From Lama guanicoe (taxonomy: Eukaryota): a stretch of 61,915 nucleotides of DNA. The translations under genes and the position numbers were made by a program. The first letter of the stretch is position 1, and the number at the start of each line of letters is the position of its first letter. A model generated the notes under the pieces. It worked only from the letters and a program-made list of their open reading frames with translations, searched no databases and was not told where the DNA came from. This document shows, in pieces, positions 1-13,800 of this stretch. Where the stretch lies: positions 23,932,795-23,994,709 of the forward strand of contig MU054187.1 in the NCBI GenBank assembly GCA_013239625.1, in the 5' to 3' direction.

Positions 1-180
1 CATGGCTTACTCCTTAATCATCACACATCATCACATGTCACTCGTGTCACAGTACTGACCACTGTAATTGTTTGCTTGTCTATTCATCCTTGAAGACCTC
101 ATTTAATATTCATCACTCTGTTTCTAGAAGTTAGTATGAATCATAGATATCACTCAATGAGGGTGTTTGTGAATAAATAA
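1..180 (+). mobile_element. L2 LINE 3' end remnant
   Basis: Ends in an L2-type tail (cactcaatgagggtgtttgtgaataaataa); highly diverged. Confidence 0.55.
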
Positions 181-204
181 AAGTAGCCTAGCACTTTGGG
201 GAGT

Positions 205-315
205 AGACTGTAAGCTACACGAAGGTTTGAACAAAGTCAGTCTTCTCTTTCTCTGCCCAGGCCCTACCGCAACGTCTTACACATAGTACACATTCGATAC
301 AATTTGTTGAATTTA
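205..315 (+). mobile_element. L2 LINE 3' end remnant
   Basis: tagactgtaagct...acacatagtacacattcgatacaatttgttgaat matches the L2 terminal pattern. Confidence 0.7.
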
Positions 316-978
316 TCAAATTTCACACATGCATGCAAACACAAAGAGGCAGTTTATACCACATCATACTTGCTTTTTTTTTTAAATCCTCTGATTGTCA
401 AAACTTGTAGAATTCAGTTTTCCTGTTATTACCAGGAATGTAGGAGTTCAGATGAATACTGAATTTTGGTTGTCAGCTTTAAGAGAAAGTAAAGGCAAAG
501 AGAAATTTCTCTTCAATGTCCGTATTTAAAAGCTCAACAAGTATTCTCTTTTCTCCTCTTTCAGCAGTGAAATAAGTGGCTATTTGTTTACTTTTGTTCT
601 GTGAATATATGTTTGCTTGTGTGGCTGAACACAGACCCATGGCTATTGCTTAATGACAGGGCAAGTTATACGGCCAGGCAGCACAGGGAAAAAAATGTTC
701 AAAATTACTATTTGTAGAAAACTCTTCATACACTATGAAAAATATTTCTTTACCAAGGATGTTCAAAAAAATTCTTTGTAATGGAATGCCTTATTTCTTA
801 GAAATACAGCATTCATTGTGATAAAATATGACTTGTTAGGTATGAACCTCAAGGGACAATCTTGATCATTGCTCATATTGTAGTTTTGTTAGAATATTAC
901 CAGAAACATAAAATAAAAATATACATATTATATATGCCTGCTTATGTACAGTAAATGTATCTATGTGTATATATGAGG

Positions 979-994
979 GTGTGTGTGTGTGTGT
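979..994. repeat. (GT)8 microsatellite
   Basis: Read directly from the sequence. Confidence 0.95.
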
Positions 995-1979
995 TTATAT
1001 TTTTTTCTTTGAATAAGGTATCTAGGAACATAATTTACCTAATTTTGCAGGAGAAAACTGAGGTCATAAAGATAAAAACATATCTTTTTTGTTCTCTGAA
1101 ATTCATTATTTGTGGTGAGATATTCTGAATCTTGCACATAGAACTTCTGGTTGTGAGATAACCTCTTGATCAGGGACATGTTACAAGTTTTACAAATATT
1201 ACGTACCTATCTTAAACTGCTGGAGTAAATGTATTTTATTGTCATTTATATGCTTGATGTCTGCTTCTAATAAAAATTAATTGTGAAAGAGTACATAAGA
1301 CATGCAGAAGGAAGGAATACTTAGAAGACACTGAGGGCACTACAGAAAAATGTCATTTCAATTCTCTTCTATATACCAAGGAAGATCAAACATTTCCTCT
1401 GGACACTTCCTTTTTGATACCATATTGTCTGTGTAAAAATCTAACAGTGCTACCATCAAAATGCTATTTTTTTTTTAGCAAAATATAAGCTAGTGACAAT
1501 CTTGTTAACTTTCCTAGCCTCATATTTCAGAATATTATTAATACTTCAAAAGTATCTGATTTCAGTTTATCCTTAAGAAAATACATTTAAACATGGGAAA
1601 ATTACCTAGTATCTTGAAAGGAGCTGCACGTACATAACATAGATATTTACATATAACTGACATTCAAAACCAGACAACTTTTTTCCATTTTTTGGTTTAT
1701 TTTACATTTGATAATAGTTGAAGTCATCTTGGCCTGGTTTTTTTTCTATAGGAAGAAAGCCTCAATGAGAATTCCAGAGATTGTAAACTGTTAAACAGAT
1801 GTATTGATTTTCAAGGTTTCACTCCACAGGAACTAGACTAAATTTCAATGCCAAGAAAAAGCAATTTATAAAGTAGAAACAGGAAATTCTTTAACTTTCT
1901 AGAAACTTAAAAAAAATACTAAATAATTCTTGAGTTCTTAAACTCAAGAAAAATATTGGCTGGATTGCTCCCTGAAACA

Positions 1980-2122
1980 TTTCCACCATCTCTCAGGCAG
2001 GGAGAGTAATCGTTTCTACCTGTTAGGGATGTTGCAAAGATTAAGTGGGATGGTGCATTTAAAGTGTTTACACAAAGGTTTGGCACATGCTAAGTACTTA
2101 ATAAATGGTGGCCAATAGTATT
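1980..2122 (+). mobile_element. MIR SINE 3' half
   Basis: ctacctgttagggatgttgcaaagattaagtggga...tggcacatgctaagtacttaataaatg is the MIR core and tail. Confidence 0.85.
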
Positions 2123-2164
2123 ATAAATCAAGAAGTTTAGTTCTCTTTCCTTTTCTTCACTTAT

Positions 2165-3625
2165 AAATTTAAGAGTAAAAATTGCTTTCTCACATGCAAC
2201 AAAAGATCCTAGTCTAGGTGCACAACAGAATGAATTCTGACATTTACATACTTCTGTATAGCCAGCACCACCACAACAAAAGTGCAGAACACTTCCCTTA
2301 TCCCCCAGATCCCTTTTGCTTCTTTTTAGACTCAGGCAACCATTGATCTGCTTTAAGAAATAAAGTTTAGTTTTGCCTAGTCTAGAATTTCGTTCAAATG
2401 GAATCATACAGTACATACATTTTTGGTTTGTCTTCTTTCTCACAGCATGTTTTGAAATCTATTCACAATAGTTTGTGTATCCGTAATTTCTTTCTTTATA
2501 TTGTTGAGCAATTGTCCATTGTTTTAATTTACCATAGTTCCTTGTCTGTTCACCACTGATGGACTTTTTGTTTTTCCTAGATTTTGGTTATTGTAATTAA
2601 AGCTGTTATGAACATACTCTACACAAGTCTTTTTTGTGTAAATATGCTTTCGTTTCCCTTTGGTAAGTAACTTGAAGTAAAATTCTGTGTCATATGGTAA
2701 GTACAGTGGACTCTTGAACAACACTGCTTTGAATTGCGTGAGTCCACTTAGACAAGTATATTTTTCAATAATAAATACTGCAATAATGTATGGTGACAGT
2801 TGGTTGACTCTTGGGTGTGGAAGCACAGAAATGGAAGGCCAACAATAAGTTATATGTGTTGTTCAAGGGTCAACTGTATATACCTGGCTTTATAAGAAAC
2901 TGACACTTCTCTGAAGTAGCTGTATATTTTTACATCCTCACCTACAATGCGCAAGTTCCAGATGCTCCACATTTTTGACAACACTTAATATTGCCATTTT
3001 TTAAAGTTTAGGGCATTTTCATGGTTAATATTTTATTGAACTAATTGTTGTAACATATTCCTGTTATTAAGCATCCTTTTGTGTGGTCATTGATCATATT
3101 TATACCTTCTGTGTGAAATGTCTCTTCACATCTTTTGCTCATTCTTCTTGACTTGATTATATTTCATTACTGAACTCATTATTCTGTATCCCATGTATGT
3201 ACACATTGTCTTCCAGTTTGTACCAGGCACTTTCATTTTCTTTTTGGGCTATTTTAAAGAGAAAACTTCTAAATTTTGAAAAAATCCAAATTATTGATTT
3301 TTCTTATATGGCTCACACTTTGGGGCACTTCTATCTGAAGTACAAGAACAGCAACCAAAAATAACATCACAGAAGTTGAAGAGGGTTTTTCCTTCAAAAA
3401 TAATATATGTTTAGCATTTATGTTTGATTGATCTCTGTCTATTCTAATCTTCTACCAAACCAATATCATTTTCTGTTCATTAATATAAACTTATTAAAGT
3501 CTTTGAATGAAGTCCTCAAATTTTGTTCTTCATTTTCAAAGGAGTTTCTGCTATTCCAGATTCTTTGCTTTTCTATGTAAACTTCACAATCACTATGACA
3601 ATTTTGACAAAAAACAAATAAAGTG
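2165..3625 (-). mobile_element. Old L1M (L1MC/ME-like) 3'UTR and ORF2 end, left part
   Basis: Antisense L1 motifs (atggaatcatacagta, taaagctgttatgaacat, gtgtgaaatgtctcttcacatcttttgc). Interrupted by a MITE and by a younger L1. Confidence 0.85.
2704..2876 (+). mobile_element. Tigger2/MER8-like MITE (TcMar DNA transposon)
   Basis: Terminal inverted repeats cagtggactcttgaacaacac / gtgttgttcaagggtcaactg, with TA target duplication at 2702-2703 and 2877-2878. Confidence 0.9.
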
Positions 3626-3654
3626 AAAAAACAGAACATAAAAACTATAGAGAC

Positions 3655-5084
3655 GGCCATATGCAAAAGAATGAAACAAGACCAACATCTTACACCATAC
3701 ACATAAATTAACTCAAAAATTATTTATTAAAGACTTGAATGTAGTCAGAAATCATAAAACTCTTAGTGGAAAACATAGGTGGTAAGTTCCTTGACATCAG
3801 TCAAGATGATTTTTTTGATCTGACACCAAAAGCAAAGGCAAGAAAAGAAAACAAAAGAAAACAAACCACCACCACCAGCAGCAACGAAACAAGTGGGACT
3901 ACATCAAACTAAAGGCTTCTGCACAGAAAAGGAAACTATCAATGTAATGAAAAGGCAACTTACTAAGTGAGAGAAAATATTTGCAATTCATCTATCTGAA
4001 AAAGGTTAATATCCAAATATATAAAAATTCATACCACTCACAGCAAAAAATCAATCTGATTTAAAAATGGGCAGAAGAACTGAATGACATTTTTTCCAAA
4101 GAAGACATACAGATATCCAGCAGATCCATGAAAAGACGCTCAGCATCACTAATCATCAGGGAAATGAAAACCCAAACCACAATAAGATACTATCCCTCAT
4201 CTGTTAGAATGACTATTCTCAAAATGATAAGAAATAACAACTGTGGACGAGGATATGCAGAAAAGGTTTCTCTTATGTACAGTTTTTGGGAATGTAAATT
4301 GGTGTAGCCACAACAGAAAACAATTTCTTCAAAAAATTAAAAATCAGACTATCATGTGATCCAATAATTTCACTTCTGGGTATTCATCCAAAGCAAATAA
4401 AAATAGAAACTTGAAAAGATATATACATCCCCATGTTCACTGAAGCATTTTTTATAGTAGCCAAGATAAGGAAATAATGTAGGTGTCCATTTATAGATGA
4501 AAAGATAAAGAAAATGTGATTATATACCATTATTTTTATACACGAATATGAAAAATAGTATTATATATACGATTATTTACATATGAATATCAAAAAAAGA
4601 ATAAAATCTTACCATTTGCAACAACATAGCTGGATCTTGAGGGCATTATGCTAAGTGAAATAAGTTAGACAGAGAAAGACAAATATCATATGATCTCATT
4701 TATATGTGGAACCAAAAAAAATCAAGCTTTTAGATTGGTGGTTTCCAGAGGCAGCGGATGAGGGATGGGCAAAATGGATGAAGGACATGCAAGGTACAAA
4801 CTTTAGTTAACATTAAATGAATCTTCGGGATGTAATTATAGCATGGTGACTCTAGTTAATAATACTGTATTGCATACTTGAAAATTGCTAAGAGACTAAA
4901 TTTTAAATGTTCAACACAAGAAAAAAAATTGAACTACAAATGGCAGTAGATATTAACTAGATTTATTGTGGCGATCATCTTGCAATAAATATAAATGTTG
5001 AATAATTATATTTATACCTGAAAGTAATATGATATTATATGTCAATTATACCTCAATATAAACAAACAAACCAACAAACGAAAC
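3655..5084 (+). mobile_element. 5'-truncated L1 (L1MA-age) ORF2 C-terminus, 3'UTR and A-rich tail, nested in the older L1
   Basis: tgcaaaagaatgaaa, gggactacatcaaactaaa, ttatgctaagtgaaataag; ends tgtcaattatacctcaat followed by (aaac)n. Confidence 0.92.
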
Positions 5085-5785
5085 ACTTATGGGGACTTTG
5101 ACTGATGTTGTGTTGACTTTTTGGATTAACTTGAAGGTCACAGGTATCTTTAAAGTAGTGTTTTCTGATTTATAAACTTGGTATAATTCACCATTTATTC
5201 ATGCGTCTTTCAATTTTTCATGTGTTTAATTACAGAAGTCTTGCATATATTTTGCTAAGTTCATCCCTAAACATTTCATATTTTAATTCTATTTAAATGT
5301 CATTTTAAAATTTAATATTCTCTTGTTACCTGCTAACATAGAAAAATAGTAGACTTAAGTGTATCAAACTTTTACTTTGCAACCTTACTAAATTAATAAT
5401 TTTGTGTCATTTTAATGGTTTGGGGAATTTTATACAATTATGTCACCCTCAAATAATTTTTTTCCTTTCCAACCAATATGATTTTCTTTCCTTTTTGATT
5501 TATTGCATGGATACAAACCTCTAGTTAACTATTGACTAGAAGTTGTGAATACAAACTTCCTTGTTTTATTTTATATTTTAGTGCGAAAGGATTCAGTCTT
5601 TCTCCATTAAGTGTGATTTTACCTGTAGGTTTTTCATAGATATTCTTTAACAGGTTGACAAAATTCCCTTCGATCACTGTTTTTCTGGTCATTTTACCAT
5701 GAATATATGTCAAATTTTGTTAAAAGCTTTTGCAGCATCTGTTTAGATGTTTATGTTTTTTCCCATTATTATGTCAGTACATAAG
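5085..5785 (-). mobile_element. Old L1M ORF2 (RT region), continuation of 2165-3625
   Basis: ORF 5525-5713 reads IEGNFVNLLKNIYEKPTGKITLNGERL, similar to L1 ORF2 IEGTYLNIIKAIYDKPTANIILNGEKL. Confidence 0.88.
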
Positions 5786-5973
5786 TCAAAAAATACTAAG
5801 CCAGATAAAAATTATATTCTTACTATTTTATCTTTCTATGTGTTATATCCATATTCATGCTTAAATATTTTTACTTCCAAAATAGGGAGCAGTACTGTAA
5901 GTGTCATATTTTTAGAGCTGAATATACAGTTAAACCTAAAGTAAAATTCATGGATTAGGTGTATCTGACAGAT

Positions 5974-6391
5974 TGCTGGGTTCATCTCACCCCCAAGTTC
6001 ATGTACTGTCTAGCATGAATGTTGAGTTTTTTATTTTTTTTTTAGATAGTGGTTTATGTGCAGATGCCTGGGAAAGGAATGTCTACTTCTATTTCTGGAC
6101 AAATTAACTAGAGTCAGCCTTGGAGAGATTGAAATTGCAGGCAGTAGCTTAAGGGTTTATACACAGGAAGGATTTTTAAAGACATGGGTACAGAAATAAC
6201 TCAGCTTTGGTCCCAAGCAGACACAGAGAGACACACAACAAGACAAGAAAGCTGTCCCATGGCTTCTTGGTCGGCTGGCACAGCCTCAGCAAAGCTGCAC
6301 AAAGGAAGAAGCAACCAAAGACAAATGACTTGAAATTTAGGAAGAGAATTGTGTTGAGGCACATGGAAATCACTCCTAGGGACTACTTTAC
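5974..6391. mobile_element. Possible old solo LTR, family unknown
   Basis: ~420 bp block of higher GC bounded by TG...CA; family not recognised. Confidence 0.3.
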
Positions 6392-6499
6392 AAAATAAAT
6401 CATTTATATTTTTAAGTCTAGACAGCATTTAATAGCAAGAGGATAAAAAAAATTCCCTAGAGATGTCGTTTACTTTGTCCAAGATCTCATTTATATTCT

Positions 6500-7345
6500 A
6501 CAACCTGGATTAGCATGCATTACAGAAAAAATGCTCTGCAGAGCAGCATGTGGATTAAAGTGACATCAGAATGGAGAGAAGGAATCTAATAAGGAGGCAG
6601 TTGAAAAGATACAGATGAGATGGTTATGGTTTGAGCAACAGTTTCAGTAGACACAGAGAATGAGACTGTAGGGATAGGAGCAAATAAGACTTTGTTACAG
6701 GTCATTTCGAGTTTGAAGAAGGCAGGTATTCAACAAAGTTTTGTCTTGGATAACTGAACATTTGGTATGTATATATATATATATATATATACCTACAGGG
6801 AATTCAGGAGGAGGAGGATGCTACGCTGAGTAAAGACGTTTAAAGCATCTGGGTGTCATGCAGATGGTGACTGATCTACAGGAAAGCAAAAACACCATCT
6901 GAAGCATGAGAGAAAAAAGTCTACTGAAAGCTACAAACCTTGGGAACCATCATCTGAAACTGTGGATGTAAATATGTCCACCTCTATAGTATAAAGGACA
7001 TAGCTAGGTGTAGGATTCCAAAAGATACATATCAGTGGTAAAGCGTACTGGAAAGAATCCATTAAAGAAACCAAGAAGAAATGGTTAAAAATTTAGAAGG
7101 AAATGAGTATAAGATGATGTCATGGATGTCAATGACCTTCAAGAAATGTGGAACATAAATAGTGTCCAATGTTACCAAGAGTAAGACCATAAAATATACC
7201 AGTTATTAGTAAGAATCATTTCAGGCTGTGATGGAAGGGGGCACCAGAGAGCTAATGGCAGTGATAGTCTTAGAGCAAATATAAAAACAGAGATAAGTCA
7301 AAGAACGTGATTGTTAATTAAAGGGGAAAGAGGTTAAGAGTAGAC
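6500..7345 (-). mobile_element. L2 internal remnant
   Basis: Purine-rich antisense L2 pattern (taataaggaggcagttgaaaagatacagatgagatg); contains (TA)11 at 6770-6791. Confidence 0.65.
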
Positions 7346-7367
7346 TCAGTAGATCAGATTCAGTTAT

Positions 7368-7410
7368 ATCTGTCTGCCTATCTATCTATCTGTCTATCTG
7401 TCTATCTATC
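7368..7410. repeat. (TCTA/TCTG)n compound microsatellite
   Basis: Read directly from the sequence. Confidence 0.9.
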
Positions 7411-7897
7411 CAAATCTTTTTTAATGAGGATGAGAATAAACATCACAAATGAAAAATACAATTATAGCTAACTTTATAATTTCATGATTAATATTAATTT
7501 GAATATACAATTATATAAAATGAGAAAAGTGACAATAATAGTGAAAGCGTCAAACTTACTATAAGTTTTTGTGCTGTATTCTAAACTGCTTGAGGATAAA
7601 GAGACTCTTTCTTTGTGCATAATGAAGGGGGATGGTCTCGATTTCAATTTTGTCTCCATTTTCAAATAACTATTTAAATAGATATTTCTCAATTTGCCTT
7701 TCATGTCAGGAAGCAGCATGGCCTTTTTCAGATTATGTTCCTCAAATTTTTACCTTTGAAATACTGTCATTATAATTTTCCCATTCATTCATTTATTCAT
7801 TCTTCAGAAAAGAATAAAGCACTTCAAATTATGTGAAAAAAAATTGTGTTTTTAATACTTAATAAGACTTCAGTCATAGGTAAAGTTATTATAACAT

Positions 7898-8340
7898 TGT
7901 ACTGGTTGTGTAATGATTTTAAAAAAGACCTCAAATGTATGAAGTCTCAATCACAGAAAAAGTAAGAGTATTTTTGCTTATCTAAGAGGATTCCAAGAGT
8001 GAAGCTGTCCTTAGCTCAGCCTTTTGCAGCCTTTGTATTTAAGGGCTATAGGTTGATTGAAAGTCTGCAGGCTATGGTTTCCTAGGTGTCATCAGAGATA
8101 ATCTCCACTCCAGCCAGCCAGAGGGTAAAGGAACACGGAGGCAGTTCTGGAAGGTGTGGACAACACCTTAGCTTACATTTCGTTGTATAGAACTCAGCCA
8201 ATGCTTGAGAACATCCATACTCAAAGGAGGACTCGCAATTACATTTACTGTTTTTGACTAAAGAGCAGCTTCCCAATGATTATTCTCTTTTTAGGAAGGG
8301 AGAGCACAGCTTTTGGTGAACAGCTAATGAACCACTCTGA
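7898..8340 (-). mobile_element. Old MaLR LTR (MLT1J/K/L-like)
   Basis: Starts tgtactggtt...gacctcaaat; ends ttttggtgaacagctaatgaaccactctg, as in antisense old MLT1 LTRs. Confidence 0.55.
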
Positions 8341-8599
8341 AAATGTGAAGAAAATGTATAATTTTAAATATTTTACTTGTGTATTTTATTTTAATAATTA
8401 AGTGATATGTTTCAGGCACACTTAAAGCCATTTTTTAAAGAGCTCCTTAGTCCCATTCTTCATTATTAATCTTCAAAGGTAATCACTATCATAAAAGGAT
8501 TATATAAAAAGCTATTTTTTAAAAATTTAATATGTAGAACATTGATATATACTATTGAAAACTACATTCAAAATATTATATTGAAAGTAGAATAATGGT

Positions 8600-8830
8600 C
8601 TTGTGTTTTTGTCCACTTGACAACTGTAAAAAAATAAACAAATAAACCTGTAGATCAGTTGATTCCTTCCAGAGTGAGCCTAGGTCACTGAATCACCAAG
8701 GAGGGGATAGCCACCTGCTAATGACAAATACCTGTTTTTAAAAACTGCATGAAGGAGAAACAAACTTATTGTGTTTATACTATTACAATTTTGCAGGTCT
8801 CTTTATCAGTTTAGCCTACACTAAGTCATC
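8600..8830 (+). mobile_element. MaLR LTR 3' fragment (MLT1F/G-like)
   Basis: gagaaacaaacttattgtgtttatactattacaattttgcaggtctctttatcagtttagccta. Confidence 0.55.
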
Positions 8831-9119
8831 CAAACTGGAAGTGACATACTGGGTCACAAAATTGGCTCTGTGAAGCCGTACATTTGTTATTTCTATTTTG
8901 GCCTCAATGTAGGTATATCCACTTCACTAACTTCTAAGTATTTTAAAATTTCAAATTTTATAATCAGGTCTTAATATAAGGGGAACATTTTCTGTGTATG
9001 CTGTTAGTCAGGATCTTATCTTATTTTTTCCCATGTGAACTACAAAGTGTCTTGAATATTATGTCGATATATTAAACATAATATTGACTAATATACTGAA
9101 TAAAAGTTATTACACTGAA

Positions 9120-9482
9120 TATCTTCTATCTATGGAGTTTGTTGTGTCCGTGTTGATGTACCATGTATCTGCTTCACAGATTTGAAGCTGTGTTATTAAG
9201 TAAAAAAATATTTAGAATTTTTGTCTCCTTTTGAGAAAATGACTCATTGCTCATTAGGAAATGGCCTTAATAACCATTGGAATTTCTTAGCTCTGAATTC
9301 TGCTTTATTTAATATTAATATACCTACTCCAAATTTCTTTGACTGTTTTTTACACGGTATGTATTTATCCTTCATTTTACTTTTAATCTTTTTGTATCTT
9401 TTTATTTAAAATGTAATTCCTGTAGATGGTATAAGGTTGAGTATTTATTTGGTTTTTTTAGAACCTAAAAATTCTCTGCCTC
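9120..9482 (-). mobile_element. Old L1 ORF2 endonuclease-region fragment
   Basis: tttgaagctgtgttatta...aatattaatatacctactcca...tttaaaatgtaattcctgtagatggtata. Confidence 0.8.
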
Positions 9483-10144
9483 AACAAATGAAAACTACCA
9501 TATGGTCATATCTAGCCACAGAAAAAGCATTGAACAAAATGTTTCCAACTTTTGTGTTGCTACCAAATTCTCCTTCTATGTCTAGTCATTTTTATTTATA
9601 TATTATGGTTCTATGTTGATCAGGATTAGAGTTCTATCACTGCCTCCTGTTTAATATAGGTTTTTTTTTATATCTCCCTAGTTCTTAAAGAAAAAAACTC
9701 CAAATTCAAATAAAAGTAATAAGGGAAAAAACTGCAATGATTCATTTCAGTATCCTGCAAGCAGGCTTAGAAAATGAGAGAAAGAACCACATCCATCAAT
9801 GTTAAAGACAATCTACCCTGTATCCCAGTTCTTAGCAAAGCTGTTTGCCTCTGTAGTGCTTTGTAGTTTCTTCCATATTCACTTGGAATACTTGAGCATG
9901 CTCTTCTCAGGAGCGGTCTACATGTCAATTCCCTATGGCTCTCTCCATCCTGGTGTGCCTAATAGTATTTAAATATAACAATATTTAAATAAGAACCTTC
10001 AAGTAATCCTTAGTTTGCAGGGACAATGTATATTTCCCCTTATTTACATTTCCTTGATAGTGGAAATGCACACTTGTTTGGGAGTTGGGATGAGGGTTAG
10101 AGCTGACAGTCACATTCCTGTAAGTAAAGTCACCCTCAAAGCTA

Positions 10145-10340
10145 CAGCACATAGTAGTGGCTGGTTAAACATAGCTGTCACCTACCTCATTTTGCCTTGT
10201 TTTATGCATCTATAAAATGGAATTATTATTTGTAGCTATAGCACCATGGTTACCTGAGTTAAAATATTCAAACAGAAGCACAGTGCCTGGCACGTTTAAG
10301 AGCTCAGTAAGCATATGCTATTATCGTGATTATTATTAAC
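10145..10340 (+). mobile_element. MIR SINE
   Basis: catctataaaatggaatta...agcacagtgcctggcacgtttaagagctcagtaa. Confidence 0.85.
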
Positions 10341-10699
10341 TGTTATGCAAAAAAGAAAGGACTTCAAGGTGCATTTGCATCTATGTGATGTTCACTTTCT
10401 ACAGAAATCAGATAAGCAAATTCTTACAATACAAAGATTATAGAAGGAAAGTGGTGGTCAGTGTCTGAAAACCCGTAAGTGAGAAATAAAATATCTGAAA
10501 CATTGACATTAATCAAATTTTAGAAAAATCCCTTCCATTGTGAATGATTAATTTAAATGCTTTTAAATTAATACTTAAGACATTGACATATTAAAACTAT
10601 AATTAGAGAAAAGATTAAAATGTTCAAGTTTATAACATGTTAAATTTAACAATACTTACTAGACTTATTTTCTGGGAGAAAATTAAGAACACTGGTTGT

Positions 10700-10805
10700 C
10701 TTATCTCTAAACCTCAGTTTTTGTTTTTACCATAAGATGAAGATCATAATTAGCGCATAAGAACACAGCACGTAGCAAGTCCCTTCTAAATAAGTATTAA
10801 ATAAA
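10700..10805 (+). mobile_element. MIR fragment
   Basis: tctctaaacctcagttt...cagcacgtagcaagt. Confidence 0.5.
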
Positions 10806-13800
10806 GGAAAGAAGACCATACTTATATAAGTACTATTAAAATGTTGCAAACATAATTCCACAGACTCTGGAGTATGTTTTCTGAGCATACAGTCAGGAAC
10901 TGCATTTAGAAGGAAAGCTCTTTGTTTAATGATGTAAATATTTTTGTTTGTTTTTTCTCTTTCTTTTTACTACTTACGATATCTGATTACTAAGTTGACT
11001 AAATTTTAACATCTGTAAGTTTTCAAAAAGGTGTCTGTCCTTTAAAAATCTCTAACCCCATAATTAATAACACATACAATATATTGAAGAGAGAACATTA
11101 GAACTGATTTCCAATTTACCTAACTAGTCACAGAACTAATCATAATTTTCTTAAGTTCATTGGCATGGTTTTATATGATTCTCAATTGTATTTAAAGCAG
11201 TAATTGTCTTAGCATAAAACAATAATTGCACTGGGAAAGTCTTCTACACAGGTCCACTAATTAACTCAAATGGTATTTATGAAAGGCCATATTCCAGATG
11301 GAGGTTTTCAATTTGTATCAAAGAAAAGTTCCACATATTTCTGGAATTTTATGATTAGAAATGGAATAAAGTGGAACGTGGAAAATATTGTTCAGGGTTT
11401 TAATAAGATTCTAGCCTTGTCACTACAAATTTAAACTAGGTTCTTTACCATATATGAATAAAATATGAAAGATAAATAGATGGTAATTGAAGAAAAGGAG
11501 ATTTTCCTGAAAATAAAACTCATGGTTGGTCTTTAATTTCAACCTGTTATGTTCTTAGACCAAACAAACCATAAATAAAAATAACAGTATCTTCCTCACA
11601 CCAAAATAACAACAAAAATAAGTTAGAATGAAGCTGCACTAAAAAATGGCATATGCTCATCTGCCATGAAAAATGCATCTATCCAATTAAAAAATAAAGT
11701 TCTATGGGATTTGCAAGAAAAAATAATCACTGTACACAGTCAGGCAAACACTTCCTCCTCAGGAGTTTTTGATAAATAATAAGAATTCTTTCAACCTTGG
11801 GAACAATCTGATAACATAAGGAAGGCAAAGCTATAAAGCTATGTCAGGAAGCGCTGCCTGTTAACTCCTGGGAACTCTGACAATGATGGATGTCCAGCAG
11901 TTACTTTGACCCGTACACTTCAGAAGGATCTCAGTAAACTTAGCTGGTGTGTTCCATTTGGTTTCTGTCTTGTATCAGAATATATTCACCATGTTTAGAG
12001 TCACCAAAGAAGCTATTTGCTTTTTCAATGTGTTTTCTTTCAGGAGCTTCTCCCAAAACCTCAGTAAAAACCTCACAAAGCACTTGCATCTTTAGTCAAG
12101 ATTTTATTAAAAAATATCACTAAATCCATGGATATAGCTCCCATACGTCAAAATGACAGTATAACCCATGGAGAAAAAGAAACAGAGGCTGAAAAAAGAT
12201 GATGGGTGATTGGACCACAAAGCACCATCAGTTGATTTATACCAAATTATGTTGACTCCTTTTTCCTGAATTTAATTTTCATTCAAAAATTTCCCTTCTA
12301 ATAAAATAAACTGCTATCATATTATGTGCTTAATAACATTGGGCACAAATATGCCTTAACTTTTCTGGTTTGTAAATTAGGTAAAAACAAATACCGAAAG
12401 CAAATGAAATAAGTATAGTCCTACATTTGGAATATTAAGTTAACATTATAATTGTTAGTTAGTTTTGCTTTTTTTAATCTAGAGAATTTCTAAGACAATC
12501 CATTCAATAAAATGTCACAATTACTCATAACTACCAGCTCTGAAGATAGTCAGTGTCCATCATTAGTTAAGGTCACATGGAATTTGAAAATAAACTTGGT
12601 TTTGCCCATTATGATACCAGCTAAACATAAACTACTCTTTTCCCTCTGCTTTATCTTTCCATTCGATGTCAACTCCTTCTGCATTACTACTTTTAAGGGT
12701 CATTTCTTTCACTCATAGCAAACTCATGATTGCCAGGAAAATGAACAATTCCATCTCTTTTTTTGGATTCCATTTCTTTAAACTCATGCTTGTAAGTTCT
12801 TCACTGTCCACACCCTGCAGCTTTAATCATTATTGCATGTGTCCCAAAGCCAGGTTACAGTTAGATGTTCATTCACCTATTCCAAGTACATGCAAAATCA
12901 GGGGCAAAACAATGAACCAACACACAATTGTGGTTTATTTGAATAGTCATAATCGCACCGATAGTTGTACCCTACAATATTCAAGACAATCAGGCTTCAA
13001 GAGTAGAATTCGCTTTTGCATCTGGCCAAACTAGGAGATGGTTACCAAGAAGAAATATCACTTACATCTGTTTCTTCCCTAAATATATTGTGACATTATA
13101 TAGTTTCCAGCTTACTCTGAGTAAGTGAACATAATTTTTTTCTGTATTCCTTTTAAAAAATTCTGCCATAATTGGGTTATATTGGGTTGGAGTCAAATCA
13201 TATTGTTCTCGTAGCATTTTTGAGCATTTTCAATCCCTTGGCTGAAACAAAAGAAAGACCTTTTTGGCATTATTTTAAATCATTTGACAGATAAACAGCA
13301 GGACAAATTCTGCCACAATTAAGAATGAATACATTATAAAATGAGCTGCAACCAGCCATCTGTAGGTAATAAACATTACCTATGCTCTAGAATAATCAGC
13401 CCTTCAATTATCCACTAAAACTTGGACCTGCGTATCTTTTCTCCAATAATATGCCTGTTATTTGTCACCAAATCATTCCAGAAGTATTCTTTTTATAACA
13501 AGTTACGGATGTGAAAAACAGACATTAGACAGAATATAATTTCCTCTGCAGAAAGATTACTGTGCTTTGAGAGTCTTTCTGAAAAATACTCTGTGCCCAA
13601 GAAAAGACTCCTTTGCTACGCGATTTTGAAATGAAAAGGGGATGATATCCTGCTGTAAATATTAAAAGCATTATTCCCCTGGTTTGAGAAGCCTTTAGAT
13701 GGGCGAGTCATTAGTCATGCTCTTTTCCTAATGATGAATTTGCAGTCCTTTTGAAAAAATTATTTTGATAGACAAGTACTCCTTCTCATCTGCACCCCAC

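Noticed and set aside
2090..2826. ORFs of 117 and 100 aa
   Set aside because: They lie in decayed L1, MIR and MITE sequence and are chance frames.
12666..13034. 122-aa ORF in unique DNA
   Set aside because: No recognisable domain, non-coding composition and no convincing splice context.
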